Below, in pieces: positions 38,557-45,729 of a stretch of DNA of 64,000 nt (the stretch's first letter is position 1; each line of letters opens with the position of its first letter). The notes under the pieces are model-generated. The model worked only from the letters and a program-made list of their open reading frames with translations. It ran no database searches and was not told the DNA's origin. Both the position numbers and the translations under genes were made by a program. The DNA is taken from IMG/VR virus record IMGVR_UViG_3300017917_001112, positions 64,001 to 128,000 of that record; one strand, given 5' to 3'. This DNA is from a virus.

Positions 38557-38928
38557 ATGTTGAAATATGCAGATCTTACTAAGTCTCAAAAGCGTTTTAT
38601 TGATGCACTCGTTCGCGAGTTTCCTGCTGTTGCGAAAACAGGTCAGGTATCTCGTAAAGAACTCGAGTCTATCTATTGGACGCTGAACGAAAAGCGTACA
38701 ACTGGTGGTGAGAAAGTTGGTTTTCCCAACTGGTTGACTGCTAAGAATAAAGTTGGTCGTGGTGTTTTCGGACTACCTTTGCCTGAAGCAACTGCTGCGA
38801 AGGTTAAGAAATCCGCACTCGAGGAAAAGACTAAGTTCGAGAAAATTATCGAAGAGTCTGGTAGCGATGACTACTACGACCAAGAAGTAGAAGATATTAA
38901 GACTAGCATTGCTCAGTCCAATATCTAA
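38557..38928 (+). CDS. Stand-alone paralogue of the MoxR ATPase N-terminal domain
   Basis: FPAVAKTGQVSRKEL...PNWLTAKNKVGRGVF versus FPDVKSSGTVSRQQI...PTWLMVNKVGRGLY. Confidence 0.65.
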   Translation: MLKYADLTKSQKRFIDALVREFPAVAKTGQVSRKELESIYWTLNEKRTTGGEKVGFPNWLTAKNKVGRGVFGLPLPEATAAKVKKSALEEKTKFEKIIEESGSDDYYDQEVEDIKTSIAQSNI

Positions 38929-38940
38929 TTGTTTTGAAGA

Positions 38941-38999
38941 GAGATGCGCATGTGGTCACCAGTGCGCATTTTCTCATTTGTGTGGTGACAAAATAGGAG
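38941..38999 (+). promoter_or_regulatory. Putative pseudoknotted 5' leader
   Basis: Stem ATGCGCA/TGCGCAT; loop GTCACCA complementary to TGGTGAC next to the SD. Confidence 0.5.
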
Positions 39000-39008
39000 A
39001 TCATGTAA

Positions 39009-39272
39009 ATGACTACTACGAAGAAAGCAATGCTGTTGAAGCATTTGGAAGCTGGCAAGGAATTTACTGCAAAGCAAATTTCTGCATCTTTCGGTTATAA
39101 GAACCCTTACCGTGCAGTAGAGTATCTACGTTCTGAAGGTCATTGTGTTTATGCAAACACAAAGACACTAAGCACAGGCGAGCGTGTTGTTAAATACCGT
39201 ATTGGTAAGCCAAGCAAGCGTATGGTAGCATTGGCGAACCAGATTATGGGTGCTGCTGCTTTTACTCGCTAA
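39009..39272 (+). CDS. Winged-helix DNA-binding protein
   Basis: LLKHLEAGKEFTAKQISASFG...AVEYLRSEGHCVY...VKYRIG. Confidence 0.7.
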   Translation: MTTTKKAMLLKHLEAGKEFTAKQISASFGYKNPYRAVEYLRSEGHCVYANTKTLSTGERVVKYRIGKPSKRMVALANQIMGAAAFTR

Positions 39273-39288
39273 GTATTAAGTGAGTTGC

Positions 39289-39315
39289 GTCTGGATTCTT
39301 TTCGAGAATCCAGAC
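39289..39315 (+). terminator. Strong hairpin (terminator or mRNA stabiliser)
   Basis: GTCTGGATTCT-tttcg-AGAATCCAGAC; weak U-tract. Confidence 0.55.
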
Positions 39316-39345
39316 TCATTTGCATTTGGTAGTGAGGATAAAATA

Positions 39346-39717
39346 ATGGCGACAAGAAAAAGCAAACAAGTTAAAGATCAAATCACAGACGCAGTAACAG
39401 CATCGCAGAATGCAACAACAGGTGGGCGTAAGTTTGATGGAGGAAAACCACAGTATGGTTTGCTTCCACCATTAGCATTAAGAGCTACTGTTGATGTGTT
39501 GACTTTTGGTGCAGTAAAGTACGAACCAGACAACTGGAAATATGTTCCTGATTCTAAGCGTAGATATTTTGATGCACTTCAGAGACATCTCTGGGCATAT
39601 AAAGAGGGAGAACAAATTGATCCAGAGTCAGGTATGCATCATTTGGCGCACGCAATGTGTTGTCTAATGTTTTTATACGAACATGATGTGAAATACTCTT
39701 TAGAGGAATCTAAATAG
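39346..39717 (+). CDS. dATP/dGTP diphosphohydrolase-like protein (DUF5664-type)
   Basis: KFDGGKPQYGLLP, VLTFGAVKY..DNW, RYFDALQRH, DPESGMHHLAHA. Confidence 0.8.
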   Translation: MATRKSKQVKDQITDAVTASQNATTGGRKFDGGKPQYGLLPPLALRATVDVLTFGAVKYEPDNWKYVPDSKRRYFDALQRHLWAYKEGEQIDPESGMHHLAHAMCCLMFLYEHDVKYSLEESK

Positions 39718-39744
39718 TTATGTATAAACAAGATGGAGGTTTCT

Positions 39745-39984
39745 ATGTCAGACGAAATTCAAAAAGAACAACACTCAAAACGCATCCATCAAAGAAAAGT
39801 AAAAGAGCGAAAACAAGTAAAGATTGCTAAGTCGCATGGTATTGAAGTAGATAGTCCTCATCGTTTTTCTAAACATCATGCAATGGATTGTGGTAACCCA
39901 GAGTGTATGTTGTGTGGTAATCCTAGAAAAACTTTTGGTGAGAAAACTATTCAAGAAAAGAGATTTAATCAGATAGATGAGTAA
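39745..39984 (+). CDS. Small basic Cys/His protein
   Basis: HHAMDCGNPECMLCGNPR; SD GGAGG. Confidence 0.65.
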   Translation: MSDEIQKEQHSKRIHQRKVKERKQVKIAKSHGIEVDSPHRFSKHHAMDCGNPECMLCGNPRKTFGEKTIQEKRFNQIDE

Positions 39985-40531
39985 TTTTAGATTTATAGAA
40001 CATAATGTAGATGTAAGTAAAATCCTAAAACAATTGCAGGACAATCCTCAAGATTGGAAAGCAGTTTCTGGTTATGAAAGCACTGGTGGAGATAAAGATC
40101 CTTACGGATTTTTACCACTCACCATGGCAGTTGTAAGAAATCCTACGGATGATCCAAAAACAACAGAGATGCAAACAAACACACCAATGTTTACAAAATA
40201 TTTTGAGATGATTCGTTGGTTGCGTTCTAGAGGAATTAAAGTAACTTCTCGTGCTGCTTTTTTTAAAATGGCAGTCGGTGACGAAGTTGGTCGCCATATT
40301 GATATTGGTACATACTATTTGACAAGAGATAGATTTCATTTATCCATTTCTGGTAGATACTTGTATGAATGTGATGGCGAAGAACATATTATCGAACCAG
40401 GAACTTTCTTTTGGTTTGATAATAAAAAATATCACAGTGCTGTAAATATTGGTAATTGTGATCGACTTACTTTTGTTTTCGATGTACCACATTCACATCA
40501 CCATCCAAACAACAGTAAAAATTTTATTTGA
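39977..40531 (+). CDS. 2OG-Fe(II) oxygenase (Asp/Asn beta-hydroxylase-like)
   Basis: HID, RFHLSI, FWFDNKKYHSAVN, RLTFVFD. Confidence 0.8.
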   Translation: MSNFRFIEHNVDVSKILKQLQDNPQDWKAVSGYESTGGDKDPYGFLPLTMAVVRNPTDDPKTTEMQTNTPMFTKYFEMIRWLRSRGIKVTSRAAFFKMAVGDEVGRHIDIGTYYLTRDRFHLSISGRYLYECDGEEHIIEPGTFFWFDNKKYHSAVNIGNCDRLTFVFDVPHSHHHPNNSKNFI

Positions 40532-40556
40532 CAAAAACACACAAACACAGTATAAT
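40528..40556 (+). promoter_or_regulatory. sigma70 promoter for the gp45 operon
   Basis: TTGACA-N17-TATAAT. Confidence 0.85.
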
Positions 40557-40603
40557 GATTATACATATTAATGTACCCATTTGAATTGAAGGAGAACCAA
40601 CAA

Positions 40604-41263
40604 ATGAAACTATCTAAAGACACACAAAATTTACTTAAGAACTTTGCATCTATCAACTTGAATTTGCTTTTGCGTGAGGGAAACAAACTCTCAACTATGA
40701 GCGAAAACAAAACAATCATTTCTGAAGTTACTGTTGCTGAACAGTTTCCGCAGAATTTTGGAATCTATGATGTAAATGAATTTTTGGCTGTGTTGACATT
40801 GTTTAATGATCCCGATTTGGCATTCAGTAATGATGTTGTAACTGTCAAAGAAGGCAAGAATCAAATCGTTTACAAAGCAGCAGAAGAAAGCACTTTGAAA
40901 ACACCAAGTAAGTCTATTCAATTCCCAGAAGCAGAGATTAATTTCTCACTGTCTGCTGCGGATCTAGAACACATTATCAAATCAGCAGGTATTCTTAAAG
41001 TTTCTGACGTATCATTTATCGGCAGAGATGGTAAGTTAGTTGCTCTGGTCATCGATAAGAAAAATCCTCTAACAAATAAATTTGAAATTGATGTTGGCAC
41101 AACAGATAAAACATTCCAAGCAAACATGAAAATTGAGAATTTTAAGATGTTGCCTGGATCGTATAATGTATCCATCGCAAAAATGAAAATCTGTCGTTTC
41201 AAATCAACAACCAATGATTTAACATATTACGTAGCAGTAGAATCTGATTCAACAGCTGAGTAA
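40604..41263 (+). CDS. gp45: Sliding clamp gp45
   Basis: MKLSKDTQNLLKNFASIN, FGIYDVNEFL, YYVAVE. Confidence 0.95.
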   Translation: MKLSKDTQNLLKNFASINLNLLLREGNKLSTMSENKTIISEVTVAEQFPQNFGIYDVNEFLAVLTLFNDPDLAFSNDVVTVKEGKNQIVYKAAEESTLKTPSKSIQFPEAEINFSLSAADLEHIIKSAGILKVSDVSFIGRDGKLVALVIDKKNPLTNKFEIDVGTTDKTFQANMKIENFKMLPGSYNVSIAKMKICRFKSTTNDLTYYVAVESDSTAE

Positions 41264-41279
41264 TTGAAGGGATTATATT

Positions 41280-42221
41280 ATGAGTCGTGATGAATTTTTA
41301 TGGTGCGAGAAGTATCGCCCAAAAACTATCGATGAATGTGTTCTTCCGCAACAACTGAAGGATACTTTTAAAGAATATATAAAGAACGGACAACTTCCAA
41401 ATTTTATTTTTTCTGGAAGCGCAGGTGTTGGTAAAACAACAGTTGCACGTGCATTGTGTAATGAACTTGGAGCAGATTATCTTTTTATCAACGGATCGGA
41501 AGAGAGAGGTATCGATGTATTACGAACAAAAATTAAAAGTTTTGCCTCGTCTGTTAGTCTCACAGAGGCAGGAGCAAAAGTCGTCATCCTTGATGAAGCC
41601 GACTATCTCACGCCAGACACACAAGCAGCCCTGCGTGCTTTTATCGAAGAGTTTTCCAACAACTGTAGATTCATCCTTACCTGCAACTTCAAAAACAGAA
41701 TCATCACTCCACTCCACAGTCGATGCTCAGTAGTTGAGTTTCGTATTGAGTCGGCTGAGAAACCTAAGATTGCTGCGAATTTCTTTCGCAGGATTGTAGA
41801 TATTCTCAACGCAGAGAGTGTTGAATCTGATAATAAAGTTGTAGCGAAAGTTGTTGAGACATTCTTTCCAGACTTCCGTAGAGTTCTAAACGAACTTCAG
41901 CGTTATTCTGTTGGTGGTCGTATCGACACAGGTATCTTAGCAAATCTTTCTGATGAATCCATGAAAGAATTACTCGGTTATCTAAAATCCAAAGATTTTA
42001 TGAAAGCAAGACTGTGGGTTGCAAAGAACAATGATATTGAGACATCTGTATTGTTCCGTAGACTTTATGACACAGCAGCAGATTTTCTTGAACAATCGTC
42101 TATTCCAGTTTTAATTTTAACTCTGGCAGATTATCAGTACAAGGCAGCATTTGTGGCTGATGTCGAGGTTAATAATGTTGCTGCGTTGATGGAGATTATT
42201 GCTAATTGTAAATTCAAGTGA
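41280..42221 (+). CDS. gp44: Clamp loader large subunit gp44
   Basis: WCEKYRP, GSAGVGKTT, ILDEAD, LHSRC. Confidence 0.96.
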   Translation: MSRDEFLWCEKYRPKTIDECVLPQQLKDTFKEYIKNGQLPNFIFSGSAGVGKTTVARALCNELGADYLFINGSEERGIDVLRTKIKSFASSVSLTEAGAKVVILDEADYLTPDTQAALRAFIEEFSNNCRFILTCNFKNRIITPLHSRCSVVEFRIESAEKPKIAANFFRRIVDILNAESVESDNKVVAKVVETFFPDFRRVLNELQRYSVGGRIDTGILANLSDESMKELLGYLKSKDFMKARLWVAKNNDIETSVLFRRLYDTAADFLEQSSIPVLILTLADYQYKAAFVADVEVNNVAALMEIIANCKFK

Positions 42222-42228
42222 GGTTTAT

Positions 42229-42612
42229 ATGACACCATTTGATTTTATTAATTCCATCAATCAAACAAAAGATGCTAACATAATTAAGGAACCACAGGCT
42301 GAGAAAGACTACAAAGCATTCATTATTAACAGGGGTCTAGCATACTTCCCAGACACTGTTTTACAAGCCAACGAAATGAATCGTCGTCCATGGACTCCAA
42401 GGGACTGGCAATTTTCGTTTTTGCTAAATAGTATTACCAAGAAAAAACGATTCAGTAAATGGGCTGAAAAACTGCCCAAGAACGAAGACTTGGACTTGGT
42501 TATGCAATACTATGATTATAGTAAACAAAAAGCAATGGCTGTTCTGAACTTATTGACACCAGAGCAGTTGGCTATGATAAAACAAAAATTCGAAAAAGGT
42601 GGAAGACTATGA
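42229..42612 (+). CDS. gp62: Clamp loader small subunit gp62
   Basis: PFDFINSIN, FIINRGLAYFPD, KKRFSKW; synteny. Confidence 0.92.
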   Translation: MTPFDFINSINQTKDANIIKEPQAEKDYKAFIINRGLAYFPDTVLQANEMNRRPWTPRDWQFSFLLNSITKKKRFSKWAEKLPKNEDLDLVMQYYDYSKQKAMAVLNLLTPEQLAMIKQKFEKGGRL

Positions 42613-43034
42613 CAGTTGAAACAGTCTACTATGATTGGACTCCAGAAAGTATGCTCGAGGTGATACTCCCAGAACCAGATAACTTTCTAAAAATTAAAGA
42701 AACATTAACACGTATTGGTATTGCTTCACGCAAAGAGCATAAACTTTACCAATCGTGTCACATTTTGCACAAACAAGGCAGATATTTTATTGTGCATTTT
42801 AAAGAATTGTTCGCATTAGATGGAAAAGAATCTAACTTAACGAACAATGACATTGAGAGACGTAACACAGTTGCTGTGTTGTTGCAGGATTGGGGTTTGT
42901 TAAAAATTGCTAGTGCTGCTGCAGCAGAACCTCAAGCATCTTTATCTCAAATTAAGGTATTGTCCTTCAAAGAGAAAGATGAGTGGGAGCTTGTTCCGAA
43001 ATATAATATCGGAAAAAAAGGTAGAATCAAGTAA
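42609..43034 (+). CDS. regA: Translational repressor RegA
   Basis: FLKIKETLTRIGIAS, LYQSCHILHKQGRYFIVHFKELF. Confidence 0.96.
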   Translation: MTVETVYYDWTPESMLEVILPEPDNFLKIKETLTRIGIASRKEHKLYQSCHILHKQGRYFIVHFKELFALDGKESNLTNNDIERRNTVAVLLQDWGLLKIASAAAAEPQASLSQIKVLSFKEKDEWELVPKYNIGKKGRIK

Positions 43035-43082
43035 ACTAAGTTGCTCGTTCGAGCGTTAATGATATATGGAAGGTAAAATAAT

Positions 43083-43265
43083 ATGAGTGATAAAAATATA
43101 AAATTGGAATTGACAGCTGATGAAACGGATGTTATCCTATCTGCGCTAGGAGATCAACCTTACATTAAGGTGCATGAACTAATCAATAAAATTCGTGTAC
43201 AGGCAGTTCCACAGTGGCAAGCCATCCAGGAAGCGCAAAACCCTAAACAAAACTCCGAGGAGTAA
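43083..43265 (+). CDS. Small hypothetical protein
   Basis: ILSALGDQPY..V.ELINKI..QA. Confidence 0.6.
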   Translation: MSDKNIKLELTADETDVILSALGDQPYIKVHELINKIRVQAVPQWQAIQEAQNPKQNSEE

Positions 43266-43267
43266 TT

Positions 43268-43582
43268 ATGAAATCATTAATTGCATTAGCAGTAACAACA
43301 TTAATCTCAACTGCAGCATTTGCTCAAGCAGCAAAACAACCAGAAAATATTGGAACAAAGCCAGCTACACCAGCTGAGAAAAAAGCAGAACCTGCTAAGA
43401 AAGCAGAACCTGCTAAGAAACCAGCAGCGAAAAAAGAAGAAGGTCCAAAACACGCAAGTGACAAGGTACAAGACAAGGTGTCTGCTAATATCGAGAAAAA
43501 GGTAGAAGCAAAGAAAGAGAAAGACGCCACTAAAAGTCAACCTAAAAAGGACGATAAAAAAGCAGAACCTGCTAAGAAGTAA
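43268..43582 (+). CDS. Secreted Lys/Ala/Pro-rich low-complexity protein
   Basis: Signal peptide MKSLIALAVTTLISTAAFA; KAEPAK three times (18-bp repeats at 43382, 43400, 43559). Confidence 0.75.
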   Translation: MKSLIALAVTTLISTAAFAQAAKQPENIGTKPATPAEKKAEPAKKAEPAKKPAAKKEEGPKHASDKVQDKVSANIEKKVEAKKEKDATKSQPKKDDKKAEPAKK

Positions 43583-43769
43583 TCCTTCTTTAGTATTCAC
43601 TGATGACGAATACGAAGTCGACAGTGATGATAATTTACATAGAGGATATCGTCGTCCAGAGTTAGTCAAAAATGATAACGATGATGACGATCTTTCCGAA
43701 TATGTAAAATTAAGACTTTTTTTAGCAAGATACATCGCTTTGGCAAAGTTTCATGCTATAAATAGTTAA
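43569..43769 (+). CDS. Acidic ORF with no ATG/GTG/TTG near its 5' end (CTG start or frameshift product)
   Basis: LRSNPSLVFTDDEYEVDSDDNLHRGYRRPEL...LRLFLARYIALAKF fills the gap in the +1 frame. Confidence 0.45.
   Translation: MLRSNPSLVFTDDEYEVDSDDNLHRGYRRPELVKNDNDDDDLSEYVKLRLFLARYIALAKFHAINS
43757..43764 (+). promoter_or_regulatory. Late promoter TATAAATA
   Basis: Exact consensus ahead of the structured leader of the hsp20 operon. Confidence 0.65.
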
Positions 43770-43919
43770 TGTCCCATCGGGATGGGAACGTAAAGACTCT
43801 ACTACCTTAGGAGCGTCTAACGCTGACACTACGATAAGGTGTCCCTGTACCACAGTAAGCAGGATTGACTATGCCAAATGGGTAGTCGTTTTTATTAACT
43901 CGCTGAAAAGGAGAACAAT
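43770..43919 (+). ncRNA. Multi-hairpin 5' leader ending in a ROSE-like thermometer hairpin
   Basis: Five or six consecutive hairpins; the last is CTCGCT-GAAA-AGGAG. Confidence 0.5.
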
Positions 43920-44144
43920 ATGTTATCAGCAATCAACACATCAATCGATACAGTATCAGGTATCAAATCTAACTTCGTTAAGACATTCGTTCAAAACGAA
44001 GAAATCAAAAAACAACTCCAAACTTATATCGATGCTCAGCAATCATTTGCTAAGAATGTCGCTAAGTCATCTGTAGATTTTTTTACTGCAGTTGGCATGT
44101 CGGCATCTTCATTTGATGCTAAAAAAGCATTCGCTACTAAGTAA
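43920..44144 (+). CDS. Small amphipathic helical protein (phasin-like, tentative)
   Basis: 74 aa, helical, strong SD. Confidence 0.55.
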   Translation: MLSAINTSIDTVSGIKSNFVKTFVQNEEIKKQLQTYIDAQQSFAKNVAKSSVDFFTAVGMSASSFDAKKAFATK

Positions 44145-44153
44145 GGAGGAAAT

Positions 44154-44630
44154 ATGGGTCACGATTTCATCCCCACATTCTGGGGCACTAAAGATTTAGA
44201 CAAATTCTTTGTTGGTTTTGAAGAGCCATTCGCTCGTCTACAAAAACTACATGATGATGTAACCAAAAACATCCCAAACTATCCACCATACAACATTCGC
44301 AAGAATGATGATAACCATTATACCATTGAGATCGCTGTCGCTGGTTTCGGTCAGCAAGATATCGATATCGAAATGGCTGATGGTAAACTTATTGTTCGTG
44401 GAGAATTAAAGACTGATGAACAAAATGACTTCTTGTTCAAAGGAATCGCCAATCGTGCTTTCACTCGCTCATTCGTATTGAATGATGAAGTTGAAGTTAA
44501 GGATGCGGAGATGATCAATGGTATGCTTAAAATTTTCTTGGAGCGTTTAATTCCAGAACATAAGCAACCAAAGAAAATCGCAGTGAGATCTCGCAGCGAG
44601 AAGCAATTACTTACTGAGGATAAATCATGA
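44154..44630 (+). CDS. hsp20: Small heat-shock protein Hsp20 (IbpA-like)
   Basis: NYPPYNI, IEIAVAGF, KGIANRAFTRSF, NGMLKIFLE..IPE. Confidence 0.95.
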   Translation: MGHDFIPTFWGTKDLDKFFVGFEEPFARLQKLHDDVTKNIPNYPPYNIRKNDDNHYTIEIAVAGFGQQDIDIEMADGKLIVRGELKTDEQNDFLFKGIANRAFTRSFVLNDEVEVKDAEMINGMLKIFLERLIPEHKQPKKIAVRSRSEKQLLTEDKS

Positions 44631-44761
44631 AAGCATTTTTCCGCAAAGTTTACATTGCTTTGAAGGGACTTGGTTATGCCAAAGCTGCTGCTGATCTTGC
44701 CAGAAATGGTAAGCATAAAGAAGCACAAGCATTAATGGCGAAATATGGAGAATGTAAATGA
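44627..44761 (+). CDS. Small hypothetical protein (44 aa, not in ORF track)
   Basis: MKAFFRKVYIALKGLGYAKAAADLARNGKHKEAQALM...; ATGA overlap and SD GAGGA. Confidence 0.55.
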   Translation: MKAFFRKVYIALKGLGYAKAAADLARNGKHKEAQALMAKYGECK

Positions 44762-44844
44762 ATAACTGGATCCCAATGACAGATGATGATTGGGATTGGG
44801 TAAATGGAAAAGTTCCAGCACCAAACCCAACTAAGTGATTAAAC

Positions 44845-44872
44845 AGGGGAGGAAACTCCCCTTCATTTTTTT
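44845..44872 (+). terminator. Intrinsic terminator of the hsp20 operon
   Basis: AGGGGAG-GAAA-CTCCCCT followed by TCATTTTTTT. Confidence 0.85.
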
Positions 44873-44891
44873 GGAAAGCATAAATATATGC

Positions 44892-45158
44892 ATGGAAGAA
44901 AAAAAAGTTACCATCAAAAATCGTGTTATATCTTACAGAACTGCTGTGAGAGGGAATTGGGTAATCAAAGCATCCAATTACAACGATCAACAAGTCATTG
45001 TTATTGGTTATAACAAAGTATCTGCCCATTTTTTCACAAGAGTGTTTACCGACTTTAGAGAAGTTGTGGCTTTTATAGAGTTTGTCACGTTCAACCAGCT
45101 ACCAACTCTTGATGGCGAAGAATTTCCCGAGTTTCAGGACCCCAAAAACGAACTGTAA
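44892..45158 (+). CDS. Hypothetical protein
   Basis: MEEKKVTIKNRV...; preceded by late-like CATAAATA. Confidence 0.5.
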   Translation: MEEKKVTIKNRVISYRTAVRGNWVIKASNYNDQQVIVIGYNKVSAHFFTRVFTDFREVVAFIEFVTFNQLPTLDGEEFPEFQDPKNEL

Positions 45159-45180
45159 GCCCATTTTTTGGCTTTTCCAG

Positions 45181-45212
45181 CCCCAAACCCCTATACCAAC
45201 CCCAAAAACCCC
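45181..45212 (-). other. Potential G-quadruplex (minus strand) / i-motif (plus strand)
   Basis: CCCC-aaa-CCCC-tataccaa-CCCC-aaaaa-CCCC, intergenic. Confidence 0.55.
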
Positions 45213-45258
45213 TCCAAGGACCCAAAAATCGTCCTGTAGGGGTCTTTTTTTGACCAAA

Positions 45259-45322
45259 AACCCCTATTTTTAGTAGGTTTTTCTAAAAAACCCTTGACAT
45301 TTATTCGTTTTGGCTGTATAAT
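45259..45322 (+). promoter_or_regulatory. Degenerate palindrome + sigma70 promoter cassette 7
   Basis: AACCCCTAT-tttta-GTAGGTTTT, TTGACA at 45294, TATAAT at 45317. Confidence 0.8.
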
Positions 45323-45352
45323 TACTCTATAATGATTGAAAAAGGACTTGAT

Positions 45353-45718
45353 ATGTTAGTTTGGGAAGATATGACCGAAAAGCAGCAACTGGAATGTACC
45401 CTTTGGGATGCCTACAAAGATGCTCATGGTGTTCGTCCTCGTTTTATGAACATGGAAGTTATGTCTGTTGAAGAACTCAAACAAGAACTAGAGCGTTGTG
45501 TTGTTGTCATTGAAGAAAATGAAAAACAACGCAATGCTGATGAAGAGTGTGCTTCACATGATTTTGAGATGCGTATGTTGGGTCTCATGCAGTGTGGTGC
45601 TAAGAATCGTGAACAAGCATTGCGCTGGGTTCACGAAGCAGAAGGCAGTGATGGCGATGATGAGTATCTTTGCTTTCTGCTTGGTTTGCCGTATGGTTAT
45701 TTTCGTAAAGTCGCATAA
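45353..45718 (+). CDS. Early hypothetical protein
   Basis: WDAYKDAHGVRPR, GAKNREQALRW, GLPYGYF. Confidence 0.7.
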   Translation: MLVWEDMTEKQQLECTLWDAYKDAHGVRPRFMNMEVMSVEELKQELERCVVVIEENEKQRNADEECASHDFEMRMLGLMQCGAKNREQALRWVHEAEGSDGDDEYLCFLLGLPYGYFRKVA

Positions 45719-45729
45719 GGAGATTCGAC

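Noticed and set aside
38939-39000. Hairpin regions at 38.9 kb and 43.8 kb as tRNAs
   Set aside because: No cloverleaf, T-loop GTTCRA or CCA end.
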